DNA of 64,000 nucleotides from Lingula anatina (lineage: Eukaryota; Animalia; Brachiopoda). The stretch is from positions 24,394,934 to 24,458,933 of the forward strand of contig CM120645.1 of assembly GCA_051362555.1 (NCBI GenBank), in the 5' to 3' direction. How positions within the stretch are numbered: position 1 is the first letter of the stretch; each line of letters begins with the position of its first letter. Shown here piece by piece: positions 47,034 through 60,505 of this stretch. The notes under the pieces were generated by a model. The model worked only from the letters and a program-made list of their open reading frames with translations, ran no database searches and was not told the origin of the DNA. The position numbers and the translations under genes were made by a program.

Positions 47034-48290
47034 AAATTAGACCGTCGGTACACCCCAATTTCCCAAAGGAATGCCAGCATTGCTTTAATGTAAAAGTCCA
47101 GGTAAGGGTATAGCGCTTTAATGGAGAGTGTGCTAGTAAACTGCCTTTAATTTAAGGCATGCTGTAACCATTTTAAACTTTCCCAGTCATTTTTATATGT
47201 GTAAATTCCCTGCAAAGCTAATTATCTTTCCCTAGAAAGACTTTTTAGACTTTAAAACTTATAAAAACCTTTCAAATAAAAATACCCGATGTCGACATTT
47301 CCCTTTGAAATGTACAGGAAGACATGACCAGTCATTTAGAGCTGAATCATTAAAATAATAAAAACTGGAATAAAACATTCATATCCAAGTGCAGAGAGGA
47401 ATGATTCGCATTGCGAGCAAGATGATATTGCTTTAGTTTAGGAGGGAAATTTGATTTGGCGGGAAAATCCCAAACAGAATATATCTTTAAAGTTTAGAGA
47501 ATTATGTAACTCGTTATAGAACTTTGGGTCGTTTATTTCTCGCACACGGGTCACATCAGATGGTACTGAGGCAGGTCCTGAGTGATATACTGAAATTGTT
47601 GCCAAAATGATAAAGAAAACAGTATGGTTTAGCACTTTCTCTTTATCCGTACTGGATTTTGAAATGGAAGCCAACTGCTAGACTGAAAACATTTTATTGT
47701 CTCCGTTTCTGAGTATCTCTATGAGTGATAGTTTTTTTTTACAACTTCACTGTTCACAGCCCTTTGGATGATGTTGTTTAATTCCTAGGTATACCCCTAT
47801 GACATTAAACAATGATAGTATTAAACTAAGAGACTTAACTAAGTGAAGTGTTGAATTCCCTTCATAACCAGCTTCAAATATTGTTGATAGTAGGAAGTGT
47901 TATGACTGTATTTATACATTCATATAGTGAGCAAAACACTCATACAGACAAAAGCAATTTCAAATGGAACCCAAACCTGACTGCAATATAAGTGCGAAAG
48001 AGTCAAAAACATTACATAGCTATATACAAATCAACAAACGTCAGTTGCTGAATTTTCCTAAATGATAGCCTCATTGGCGTCTTTACAATTCCAACATGTT
48101 CCAAACTGATGTCTGACGTATTTGGTTGTCACATGCATCTTCGTTTGCATATTACCGCACTAACATAGCTGATCATTGCTCTCTTTTCAGCCCCACCTCC
48201 CCCACTCCCCACTCCCCGTCACAATGGCCAAAATTTTCATATGAAATCACCGTATAGATCTGTACGAAATAATTATCAAAATGATATCCT

Positions 48291-48327
48291 ATCCAAGCTT
48301 TCGGCCCCTAGGCCTTCTTCGGGGATT
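48291..48327 (-). ncRNA. Minimal type I hammerhead-ribozyme-like motif (Penelope-type), U4C core variant
   Basis: Minus strand reads aAUCC CCGAAGA A GGCC UAGG GGCC GAAA GC UU GGAU. Stem I is AUCC/GGAU, stem II is GGCC/GGCC, and stem III is the palindrome AAGCUU. Confidence 0.6.
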
Positions 48328-49948
48328 GTCAGGGATAGAATATTACATCTTTAATTAGATCTTCATAGGTGCTTCATTATGATAACTCATTAAATAGCCA
48401 GCGTATAGGATGATAGTCTATACACACTAGCACATTACTTATCAAACACACTCTGTTGTGTTAGAAAAGACAAAATTCGATTGATTGTGTTAGAGAAGGA
48501 GTTAATGATCAATTATTGATCGGCGCTCAATTGTCAAATGGTTAAATGGGTTACTACCATGATCATACTAATCTTACATTTTCGCGCGTGCCATTATTCC
48601 AATTATTGAACAAAGGAAAAATAAATGTAGTTTCATTTTCCTTTTTGGATCAAAAAGATACAATGACAGTATGTGGGAAGAGATAAAAAATACCATAATA
48701 CCATACTATCCAATTCTGCTAATTGTGCCAAAGTTTGAACTTGACCTTCTTTTTCACAAAGTAAAAACCCCAACTGACAGTCAACCCACTGGCAGCCACT
48801 TTGATTATATGACATGTGCCCGCAATGGCTTTGTCTACGAAATAATGGCCCACAAACAATTAAGATCAAATTTTTAGACAATGACGTCTGTATCAATAGT
48901 TCCTCTCTGTGGTGTTAAAATAAGCCAATAGGTACAAAAGTACATCGACGACTTCGATTGCTGTCGAGGTTTCGGTTTCAGTTTCACTTCCTATTTCGAA
49001 ATTAATCAAGGAGATAAAAATCTTTCTACAATTATTGAAACTAAAGGCTTAACGACGAACTTGAATTACGTATTTGAGGACCCTCACGTCGCCGCTCAGA
49101 TTGATAGGCGTAATCTGTGACTATATAAGTTTAGCCTTGTCCACTGACGTCAGTCTTGTTGCACGCGAGGGAGTACTCCAGGGTTATTCCAGGAAATGTT
49201 TATTCCCGACAAATATTTGAGAACACTTAAGGTTTTTTAAAGATAAAGATGTTTTTTTACGGACCACTATTTCGGCTTGAGCTAGAAAGTCTGACGATGT
49301 TAATCCTCTCAATGATTAAAAAAATGAAAAGGGAGGCCAAAAATTGGCAACAGACGCCACTTTTCAGGGTATTATTGTAAATGGATAATAAAATGTTCTG
49401 GTAAAAACAAAATGGCCGTCAAATGAGGTCAGTGCACTAACGTTAACGTCCCTACATACTGTACACAATACAACGCAAACTTTATGTGGACACACTTCGC
49501 CGCAAAGCCTCTTCAAGTGTATAATGTCTTGTCGGGGTTTTTTTTCGCATCAAAATATTCTTTTCGCTTTTAAAATTCAAAACTAAATTATTCAATGGCA
49601 TTTAAGAGCGAGGTTTTAATTAAATAACCGGTAATGACGTCCGAATTAAGTCCCAGAAACAGTTTCATTCTGTTAATTTTAACAGCCCGCTGTCACGCTC
49701 TTCTTGGAAAAGTCAACATGCGGTTCACTTATCTTAACATTTACCAGCTGTGCTTTATTGAACCATTCCCCATGGTTGATCTGTTAAAAGTATGCACTTG
49801 GTGTGTAAAGGGAATAATTACGGAGTCAGGTACGTCAGGTGTGGAAAGGCGGTAATAGCTCGCAATTCTCAACACTGTTGCAATGCCTTTAAAGCACTTG
49901 CTTGTAATTTTGAGACGCACGTACTATTTCCACCTGTAATGGGTCTTA

Positions 49949-50163
49949 CACCCCATTTCCATGGATTAGATCAACCTACTTTAGATCGACCTAACTCCCT
50001 GGGGGTTCACGCTAAATAGCTGTCAGCCGGGCGGACACGAAAGTTAATTACCCTCTTACAGCTTGTAGTAGGCGGGACGGACATTTAAGTCGGATTATCT
50101 GAAAGTAATCTAGTGAGACTCCCCGCGGGGATAGATCGATCTAAAATCTATGGGAATAGAGCC
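49949..50163. mobile_element. MITE family A copy 2
   Basis: Near-identical to 23069-23283, with TTA flanks. Confidence 0.85.
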
Positions 50164-52128
50164 TTACTGTTATTCACGGGACAGGACCGTTGTCGGCAGG
50201 GGACAGTTGCCCAACCAACCACCCTCCACAGAGAATTTTTGGAAAAAGGGGATCTTATAAAATGTTAACCTTTTCCTTTCTCCCAGTCCTTCAGAAATCT
50301 TAGTTTTCCTTCTGTGTGCGTCTCCATATAACAGATGTAACCTGTTACTTTGTATTGTAGTCCTTCATCAGCCACCACCCCCAGTATTTTTGGCAGCATG
50401 GGTCCCTGACCGTATCCTTCAGCAGGTCGAGAGATAAGCTTGTTAATAAGGTGGGCGCCGGGGGGGAGTAGTGTGAGCCCACGTGACAGGGGGCGTATGA
50501 CACTTCTGGAGCTCTTATACGTGTGTACAATATATTTATCAAATGATAAATATTAAAAAAATAATGACAAAGTTTCTGTTTTGCTTCTTCTCAGCGCTGT
50601 CAATGGGGTTGAATGGAAGTAATTTGAGTTGTAGGTGAATCTTGGCATTTTGTAGTTTTTCGTATGTAAAACATATCTTTCATGTAGCACAGGTACTGAC
50701 GTGGAGTAGGCACTCCCAATCCTCCAATACGTGAACCTAGATAATTTTATTTATACAAAGTTTTTTATTTGATTCGGGCTCCCATGGCGATTTGCCATGG
50801 ATCTTTTAAACAAATTTAACTTGGTATTTCCAAGAAGCTTTATTAAAACACCTTGGTACATCAGAATATCTTAACTGTCACAAAATCAGCACGACTTACC
50901 GAGCAGTTTTTAACTAAAAAAATTAAAAACCTGCAACAATTTCTTATTAAATGAAAGGTACACTCCATGGATTTAAAAATCAACCAAATGCTTATTTTTG
51001 CCGTCCACAGTTTCCTATAAAACCTTACATACACCTTTAAAAAATTTAGCCCCTTAAATAATTTTTTGCTGGAGCATACCTGATGCTGATACTTCCATCG
51101 AACCTTAGGAAGACGGTCGCTGGTTCTCACGACCGACCAGGCTTTTTAAACTATATCAACTTTGATAAGTTAAGTAAAATGGAGAGAGGAATAGATAAAT
51201 GATTCTTGACTACGATAATATTGCTTATTTCCCCGGGAAATCCATTTTGACGGGTAAATCTTATGAAATTGCCCTTTAAGTTGTGGCGTCGGGGTAATAC
51301 TCCTTATATGTTTAGAGCTCTCTAAAGCCGACTAGTTTGCTTGTTCAAGAGTTGGAAATTCCGTATTCTCTTTGAAGAAAATAAGTATTAATTAAGTCAG
51401 GGAAATACTCACCCTTTTTGCTCCCGGTCCCTTTTGCAGATATATTCAAATAAAATGATACGGATGTGAATAATTGAATAAAGGAGCAAAGGCCTTATAT
51501 ATTATCTAAATTATCGATACTCGGTGGCCTTGTACCCTCTCGCGAAAGTAAAAGCCCCATCTATATCCATTCTGTCTGACCTGAATTGATGTTTGATAAC
51601 TATTTTAAGCAAGAATGGCCAGGAACAGAAGCAAAACTTGAAAGGTGCGTGGATCAAATGGTGTATTTTGCATTTATTTGTTAGTAACAATTATGTAGGA
51701 TTGTGTTTTCTTCATGTCTGTTTGTCCTCGTGCTAACGCGGTTTTTGTATGCATGCGACGAGCGTTTCTATTGACCGAGTTCATATCAAGCTAGTTCACT
51801 TGCAATACAATGATAATGATAATACATGTATACTGTGTTTGACCAAAGTTTAACAGGGTACAAAGTACATTTTAATGAAACCAATTGTCTCGTGATCCTG
51901 AGAGATATTTTTCTGCAACTAGGTTGACAGTAGGGCTTCCAGTGACACAGTAACGCCTCCCAAAGCTTGAAGTCTCAGGTACGTCAATATCATAGGACAC
52001 CCACTACGTTTCAATGATTCACAAGGACGCCGGACGTTAGGAGTGGCTGCTTGCACACACACACACACACACGCGCACACACACACACACATGCGCGCGC
52101 ACACACACGACTACCACCGACACGCTTA

Positions 52129-52302
52129 GGCCGCATTTACAACAGTGGACCAACTAGTCCGAGGGTCAAATATGGCGACCCACCACAAAGCTTGCCGTCT
52201 AATCCGCTAAAAGACACCGATTAGATTCCCCGTGGGGAAGTATTCAAGTGGGACGCCACCTATGACCCTCGGACTAGTTAGTCCCCTATTCTGAATGAGG
52301 CC
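52129..52302. mobile_element. MITE, Harbinger-like
   Basis: TIRs ggccgcatt..gaccaactagtccgagggtca / tgaccctcggactagttagtcc..aatgaggcc. A partial related copy lies at about 43150-43190. Confidence 0.75.
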
Positions 52303-52393
52303 ATAGAGTAACCTTTGCACGTCAATACATTTCATACAGACATGGGTGTAATACGTGTACACCTAAATTGTACTGCAGTATGTCACATATAAC

Positions 52394-53066
52394 CACCCTG
52401 AGCTTCAGAGCTAACTTGACACTAACCTTTTCACTGTAGCCTATCTCCATCGTGTCAAGTAACCTCTGACGAAAATAGTTTGACCTAGTTTATATAAGCC
52501 AATCAAATCCATGTTTCAAAATTTTTCACCAAAGTTTGGTGAAAACGCTGATTGGTTGACCGTCAATCGGCAATCCTCGGCTGATTCCGCAAGCTCCATA
52601 CTATACTAACAACATAGTTATTGTCGAGTGCGGAGACATCCGAGTAGTTCCGAGTGTATTACCGTACACAAAGAAAGCAAGGCGAGTGACTACGAAAAAG
52701 AATGTGTTAAGTTATCTCTTGATTCTTTGCAAAATATGAGTAAATCGGAATTGAAACCATAGGGTCTAGCAGTTTGAGGCCCTGCATCATTATCTACTGA
52801 GAGACGATGTTATTTGCGTACTGCCCACAGGTTACGGCAAGTCCCTGATATTCAGCCTTATCTTTGATTGGTCCGGATTTGAACAAAGCGCGCCTTGACT
52901 CGTTCGCGTTCATTGGCTAGATCGTTTAATGAGTCATTGAGTGCGGGCTTTTAAATTTGATTGGCGGGCGGCGGAGGCAATCGAATCTGGTCAGAGGTTA
53001 CTTGACACGATGAAGATAGGCTACAGTGAAGAGGTTAGTGTCAAGTTAGCTCTGAAGCTCAGGGTG
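52394..53066. mobile_element. Non-autonomous DNA transposon, family B, with about 75-bp TIRs and an 8-bp TSD
   Basis: caccctgagcttcagag...gtgtcaagtaacctctgac at the left end with its reverse complement at the right end; CATATAAC on both flanks. Confidence 0.9.
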
Positions 53067-53095
53067 CATATAACAAACACCTGCAGCAATAGTAC

Positions 53096-53098
<3 letters not shown>

Positions 53099-53149
<51 letters not shown>
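53099..53149. repeat. Poly(T) tract of about 50 nt, possibly a retroposon tail on the minus strand
   Basis: Direct reading. Confidence 0.85.
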
Positions 53150-53150
<1 letters not shown>

Positions 53151-55171
53151 GAAGGCAACCAAAGTCGACATTTCACATCAGGGTTAAGGGGTCTGGTTTC
53201 GTTTATTACTCATTGCTATTGGCTCAGGTAATGATGTGGTGGAGACGGCTCCACCCAAAAGGAACTAGCCCCCTGAATGGAAAGTAGGGTATTCCAGTGT
53301 CGAGCGTTGCTAACAGATACTTGTACAGGTAGACAGTGATCTGGGGTGTCATGCAAAGGTGTCAAGAAAGTGACAATCGAGAGAAGACTTCTCAGATAAT
53401 TAAGATGGAAGCAGACTTTTTTGTTTAAGGCTAAGGTGCTTGAATGGTCTAAGACGGCCACTTTGTGTAAGAAGTGATGCTTAACCAGTGAACAGTATAC
53501 AAATATCAAAATGACCACAAGAAGGTTAACATGGTGTTGTCATAAGAGTTGCAAGGTGAAAGTTTCTCACATCAACAATTTACAAGAGAAGAAGAGAAGC
53601 ATGGGCTACAAGAATATAACAGAAAACTACATGGTTCAAGAAAATTAAGACATGCGTTATGACGACTTATCATTCAGCCCATCACATTTCGATGAGTGCA
53701 TACAGACCTAATGACAAGCTGAATGAGCAAATTGTCATTTTGAAAGCACGAGCTTCAAGACCTGGAAGCAGGCCTTCGTTGAGGTACATGTATGGCTTTG
53801 TATTGCATACAACGACTCTGAAGGATTGATGGATTGTGCTGACTCAGTAACAAGAACCACAATGACAGCGCAATAACAACATTGGCATTCTACGTTTATT
53901 GCGTTGTACTGTCCAAGAATGGGAAGATTTTGTTGGTTACCTCCTGAATGACGATAAATTTGCCCTAACACGTGTAATTCGGACTACTCGTTGGTTGTGG
54001 TGGTCAGTACGGTTGTTCAACTCATCCCGAGCCTAATGATGGTAAATATTTCTCCCAAAACGGCAGGATTTTAAAAGGGTGGACAGCTGTACTACTATCT
54101 AGAGTCTGTGGTGTTACTTATAAACGAAATTTAATGTTAATCAAGCTTTCAGTTGGTATTAACTATATACAGTATCAAATGCCTTTATCAGGTCTATGAA
54201 TATGCCTACGTTTTTCTTGTTTTCTTCTTGTACCCATGCACGTGTCTCAAGAGGAGATGATAATGAGCCTTGTCGAGGAACCTATATCGGCACTCAGAGA
54301 AATTTTATGGAAGAAATCATTCATATTTAATTACACCGGAAGACCAATAATCAAAAAAAGTAAATTTAACTATTATCGGTTTTATAGCTGCTGCTAACGT
54401 TTAAACTGCGTTATCCTGTAAAGAAAGGTGCGTTTCTCTGAGTGTTTGTAGAAGATAGCTCCCACTTTGGTTATGGATTTACAGCATTTATAATATGATA
54501 GCACATGGTTTATAAATAGGCCTGCAATAAATGCAGTGGTTATTAATGGATATATTAATGATTGGTGCAATTTAATGCATGTAGTTTACCTCCAGTGAAA
54601 ACTGTGATAAGACCGTTTTGTATCTTTGATAAGCAGAGTAAGGGTTAAACAAATAAGCAAAATTAATCTTTAGAATAAGCTTTTCTTTAAAGACGCATGA
54701 GAAGCAAGCTGACACGTCAGATCATTCCACTTTACCCGTCCAAATGCCATTATATAGTTTCAAATAGCGTAAAGGGTATCGTTTCCTTATGATAATTGAA
54801 CAGATATTTTCTGCTTTCTTTCTGTGTTATACAGAACCGACTGTCGTATTCGCCAAATCTTTAATCTAACGATATTAGCGATAAAATTTAAACAGAATGT
54901 TGACTGTAAGAAAATCGGTCGCACCCCTTTGTATATATATACACGTTTCGAAGTATCAGTCGCGACACCGCTTTTGTCTAGTTCGCGATGTGATAGTGAT
55001 GATTCTCAGCGGGGTTGGAAAATAGTGCATCTCATCTCAAAATTTGTTCCGGGGTATGATACTGTGAAATGCGTACTGACGCACACCTTGAAAACGGGCA
55101 GTGTGGTGCGATCTACCGGTGAATTCGGGAGCATTCGGTGCCGAGTCTGGTAGTTTGGTACGCCTGTTATT

Positions 55172-55306
55172 CACCCTGAGCTTCAGAGATAACTTGCCAC
55201 TAACCTCTTCACTATAGCCTATCTTCATCGTGTCAAGTTACTTGACACGATGAAGATAGGCTATAGTGAAGAGGTTAGTGGCAAGTTATCTCTGAAGCTC
55301 AGGGTG
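55172..55306. mobile_element. Family B derivative reduced to a perfect 135-bp palindrome, 9-bp TSD
   Basis: 67-bp arms with a 1-nt spacer; CCTGTTATT on both flanks. Confidence 0.92.
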
Positions 55307-55668
55307 CCTGTTATTAGTCGTTTAATTCTTCCTGATACTAGCCCAGGTAATGGAGAAAAAAAAAAATAACCTAAGATCTAATAAACGGATATTAGATCTT
55401 AGAAATAACCAAAAACAACATATTCACCTCTTTTTAAAACTGCTGGTGTGACGTCATGAGCAAAATGATCATACTTTATCTGAAGACTTATAAAGTATAT
55501 GGACATCATTTGATGATATTACAACAACCAGATATAATATTATTTACATAACGATGATTTTGGCGTTCATGTCCTTAAGTCACCACCATAGGTAAAGTAG
55601 AAACTACATAAAGAAAGTTTTCCTCGTTGATGCCATTGAATACACTAAAAACAAATATAAACAACAAG

Positions 55669-57978
55669 TGTAGAGCTGCATTTTGCAACCGATCGCATTT
55701 TGCAACCGGTTGCAAAATACGTTCAGTTGCAAAATGCGGTCCTACTAAGTAGAGCCGCATTTTGCAACTGAACGCATTTTGCAACTGCAACGCATTTTGT
55801 AACCAAAGAAAATCGTGAAAACGCATTTTGCAACTGCAACGCATTTTGCAACCAGGATTTGTTTTCTAAGTCCCTGAAACAGCTTGAAGTACGAGACAGG
55901 TAGAATTGGAATGGGGACGGGTTTGCTTCGACTATGTATGCTGAAACTGGCCAGGCTGCCCCTGGGGTGGACGGAAATATAAAACTTATTGCACATTTTA
56001 ATTTCCTAAACCATTAGAGTTAGGAATTCTAAACGTTAATAAACATTTTGTTAGGCATGTGCATGGGATTTCGGATTTTTTGTTTTTGTTTTTGTTTTAA
56101 ATTGGGGGTGTTGCCGTCCCTAGGAGTGGTTGATTGTACTTTTTACTTAGTATTTTTCTCCTATCTATCCTTATATCTTCAGAATTAGGAAATAAAAACG
56201 TTGGGGATTAATACACTACCGTAAGAAATGTGCATGGGCACTTCGGAGATTTATTGTGACATGGGTGTGGTTGTCCCTGGGGGTGGTTGATTCTTATTTT
56301 ACAACGTATTTTCTGCTATCTGCCCATTGTATCGGCCATTTAAGTTAAAGCATGAAACGTAGCTACAGTATAATTTGGGATGTTGAATGGCATTTAATTT
56401 TTTTGACTTAGGGTGTGGTCCTGGGGGTGGTTGAATATAATTAGACGTTGTAATTTCTGCTATCTACCTTTAGACCATATAAGTTAGGAACGGAAGGCTA
56501 TGGGAATTGAAAACATGTCTTTAGGGATATGGATCCTTCTGGGGTATTGATGGGTGTGGCCGTCCCTGGGGGTGGTTGATTCTATTTTTTGCACCGTTAC
56601 TTCTACTATCTACCCTTAGAATTAGGAACGTGAAATGTTTGGGATTGATAATGAATGTACATGGGTCTTTGAGGAATGTAGAGAACAGCAGCGGCGCACA
56701 TAGCACTAAACGGACTTACAGTAGTAGGCATGAATATAGGTCAAGGAATCCAGTTAAAGCTGTCCTTTTGACCCATGCCAACCATAAGGCCCTGGCGTTA
56801 TGAAATCCTGGCGTTAAGAAATCCTGGCGTTCAACTAGCCGTTGTATCTTAATACAAAACAAATATGTTAATTAATCATAAATAGTAATTAGCATGTGTG
56901 TTGCTCTACAGAGGCTATGCTTGAAAGTATGGGGTCTTGCATGGGTTTTTAATTAACTTGACCTATATTCAAGCATACCGCTGAAGGTCTGTTATTAAGT
57001 GCCGTCTGCTGCGTTCTTTGCATTCCCCTTCCTTCTTAACTCGAAGACAGCTTTCAGATCCACACATCCTACTAGCTGGGTCGGTCCAACTCTGCAGGGG
57101 ATCTCACTTAAGTGCAATCAGTGGAATCAGCTTAATTGTCTGACATACCACCAATCACCCCATCCCCTGAGGGACAGTCACACCCAAAGTCACACTAAAA
57201 TTCCCCTGTACCCATGCACCAAAGACTCGTGCTCCTAACTCGAATGGTCGAGAAGGAGATGAAAGAAATTACGGCGAAAATATTACAGTCAAGTAACTAT
57301 CCCCAGGGACAGCCACTCCCCAAGTCACCAAACATTCCGATGTGCCCAAGCACATCGGAAACGATCTCAACCACCCCCAGGGACAACTACACCCCAAGTC
57401 ACAAAAAATCTGGAGTGCCTACGCACATTTCTTACGATGGTATTAATCCCCAACGCTTTTATTTCCTTTTATTTTCCTTTATTTCTAAAGATATAAGGGT
57501 ATATAACAGAAAATACAATGCAAAATTACAATCAACCACCCCTAGGGACGGCCACACCCCTATGTGCATGCCTAACAATATCTTTTTTACTCCCTGACGT
57601 TTCAACCTCCTAACTCTAATGGTTTAGGAAATTACAATGTGAAATAATTTTTATATATTCGTCCACCCCAGGGGCAGCCTGGCCAGTTTCAGCATACATA
57701 GTCGAAGCAAACCCGTCCCCACTCCAATTCTACCCGTAGCCTACCTGTCTCGTACTTCAAGCTGTTTCAGGGACTTAGAAAAAAATCCTGGTTGCAAAAT
57801 GCGTTGCGGTTGCAAAATGCGTTTTCACGATTTCCTTTGTTTGCAAAATGCGTTGCAGTTGCAAAATGCGTTCAGTTGCAATTGAAATGCGGCTCTACTT
57901 AGTAGGACCGCATTTTGCAACTGAACGCATTTTGCAACCGGTTGCAAAATGCGGTCGGTTGCAAAATGCGGCTCTACA
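55669..57978. mobile_element. 2.3-kb foldback non-autonomous element with TGT...ACA ends and a 4-bp TSD (Ginger-like)
   Basis: caag|TGTAGAGC...GCTCTACA|caag. The inverted arms extend several hundred bp and contain gcattttgcaac arrays and about 150-bp ccctgggggtggttga subrepeats. Confidence 0.85.
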
Positions 57979-60316
57979 CAAGGTTGTTTTTCCGTTGTTT
58001 GATGATGTGCCCCTGTTATGCTCTACTGAGAGCCTTATATTTTAACCAGGTTAGAGATATAGTGGGCAGAGCAGCCCCTGAGTCCATCAGTGAACTTTTT
58101 ATTACCGTACTGCAATGTAATGATTTTGATATCGCAAAATGCACAACTGACTTTCTTGATGATTGTTTTAAAGCTAGGGATATGAAAATTGCATCTATCC
58201 TGAATAAAACCTAGATTAACTGACGATGCAGTTTTTATATCCCCCTAAATAATAGTTAGTTTAATATAAGGTTTAGTATAGCCTATTCTGGTTGAATTTT
58301 TTCTTCTTTTTTCTTTCTTTCTTTCTTTTTCTTTTTCTTTTCTTTTTTTTTTTTTTTTGGGGGGGGGGGGTGATCCCTATATTGATCTATATTGTGTAGT
58401 ACTTGTACTTTCCCTGCATTAGTTTAGACATTATATTGTATATCTAACTGTTTATGGTAATCACTCTGCAGATTACTTCTTGTATTTGTATTTGTATTTG
58501 ATCATGCCCGGATGTAGGGCGATTGTCAATAAACTTTTGATTCTGTAGTATGTTTATTTAAGAAGCTTGAATTTTGAAAAAAAAACGTTGGCCGTTGATA
58601 GCATGCGCATTGAAGGTATTATATTCACACACCCATGCTGCATGTTTCCTTTCAAACCGGTACCCAGACTCCATTCATTCTCGAGCCCGCACTCTACGTT
58701 GTGCCCCACGTGTTATGAACTGGTGAGTAGAACTTACTGCTTGTCAATTCATTGCTACAGATCTTATACATTCTTCTGCATATAAAGTACTTTCATTTTC
58801 AAGATCATGAATTTTACTAAGCCGACCCTAATATCTGAGTAGTAGTAGTATACTTTATCTAACACGCAGGCTTGCTATTGCGTTTTTATTGCCGGAATTT
58901 CATACAAAGGGCATTGTCTGTGTCATCACTGTGTACTGCACATGTATCTTATAGCAGTGTTCATTTTACCGGTGTTCATCAACCGCTGTATTTTACTTTT
59001 CTTCCTTCTTACAAACATGATCCTGATGGGAATATTGCAGTTAGGTTGTTGTTATTATTTTTATGATTATTATTTGTTAATTAGTTTAGTGGGATGACTC
59101 ATTAGTTTGCAGCAACTTAAAAGGGGGGGGGGGGTACTGTGTGGAACTTTCTCCATGAAACCTCCGTGTTCCTAGGTCAAATTTAACCAGGTCGGACCAT
59201 TTTCGAATCCCCCAGGCTATGAGCCTGATTTGCCGTGCACCAAAATCTTCTCAGTTGCTGCATGCTTATTAATAGAGCGAAAGTGAGATCACCTCCGGCC
59301 AACTGATATCCTACAACAAAGGCGTTAATCTACACTGATTTTAAACGTGAAAACGTTGAGACTCTGGGAAACAAATGGTTAAATATAGACTTAAAGAGGG
59401 GGAGATGTGGAGACTCGCGTTTTTGTAAGAAACGCTTCGGTGCAAACAGTGCCCCAAATATCAGTGCAAGTAAACACCAAAATAGTAGTGCTACTAGGGT
59501 AAACGTCAGTGATTAGGCTCACAAATGAGCTTTCTCTTTGCCTTTAAGGTCTGCTGTTTACATGCAGATATCAAGTTTGTAGATGATACTGAGGTTTCTT
59601 TTTTATCACTACCAAGAAGGGGATCGAGACTTCGAGCGGGTACGCATATACCGTCTTACACCACTAAGTTTCATGCGTTACTGCACTTATTCACGCTTTT
59701 TGCTGTGTATTAATTGTGCTTACAGTAAGTTGGTGAGCCAGCGCTACCGACCCACATTTTGAGGAAAGCGGATCTTTTTCACTCCTTTTTTTCATAAGGA
59801 AAAAAAACATTAGGTAATGGTTTTGTAAGTGAGAGAAATATAACAGTTAATCCCAAGAAAACCTTAATGCTGTTAATTAATTGAAATTGCTCATGTTGTG
59901 GGTTTGACACCCCTATGCAATGTTAAATTTGAAAATTGAAATATTAAACGACCGGTCGACTAGATTCTTTGCTCGTTAAATATAATATATTTCAAAAACA
60001 AATCTTGTCCACCAACCCTACATGTTTAGAGAGTCGCCGCTCGTCCAACTGATCAGTTTTTGCTTAAAATATTAGTATCGTAAAATATCTATTGATTCCA
60101 CAGACTTTTTCTGGCCTTCTCTAACGTTAGGAACTATCAGAACGTGCGTGATTTTGACACAAACAGCTGGTCCCATTTGTTTCAACATTTACCACATGGC
60201 AGTTCTTCTCTGTTCACTTCTTTATAATAATCCTGTCTCGTTTACTTCATCATATATCCGTGTTAAATGCATTGCTGGCTATAGACGGCAGTGTAGACAG
60301 ATAGTATAACAATTTA

Positions 60317-60357
<41 letters not shown>

Positions 60358-60364
60358 GCCCTTT

Positions 60365-60505
60365 GAGAGCATTCACATCGAGAAGAGCCGAGGTCTAGCA
60401 AGGCCGAGACCTAAATATGGCTGACCTACATGAAAGGAAGACCGCATAATCCTTTAATGGTCTCTCAATGACATTCATTTTCATCTTCTCGATGTGAATG
60501 CTCTC
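60365..60505. mobile_element. Small MITE
   Basis: About 21-bp TIRs gagagcattcacatcgagaag / cttctcgatgtgaatgctctc; TTT on both flanks. Confidence 0.75.

Noticed and set aside
53150-54100. Possible retroelement body attached to the poly(T) tract
   Set aside because: No convincing protein motif or TSD was identified.
59615-59670. tRNA- or SINE-like segment
   Set aside because: No cloverleaf and no intact B box; I recognised no tRNA or rRNA genes in the window.
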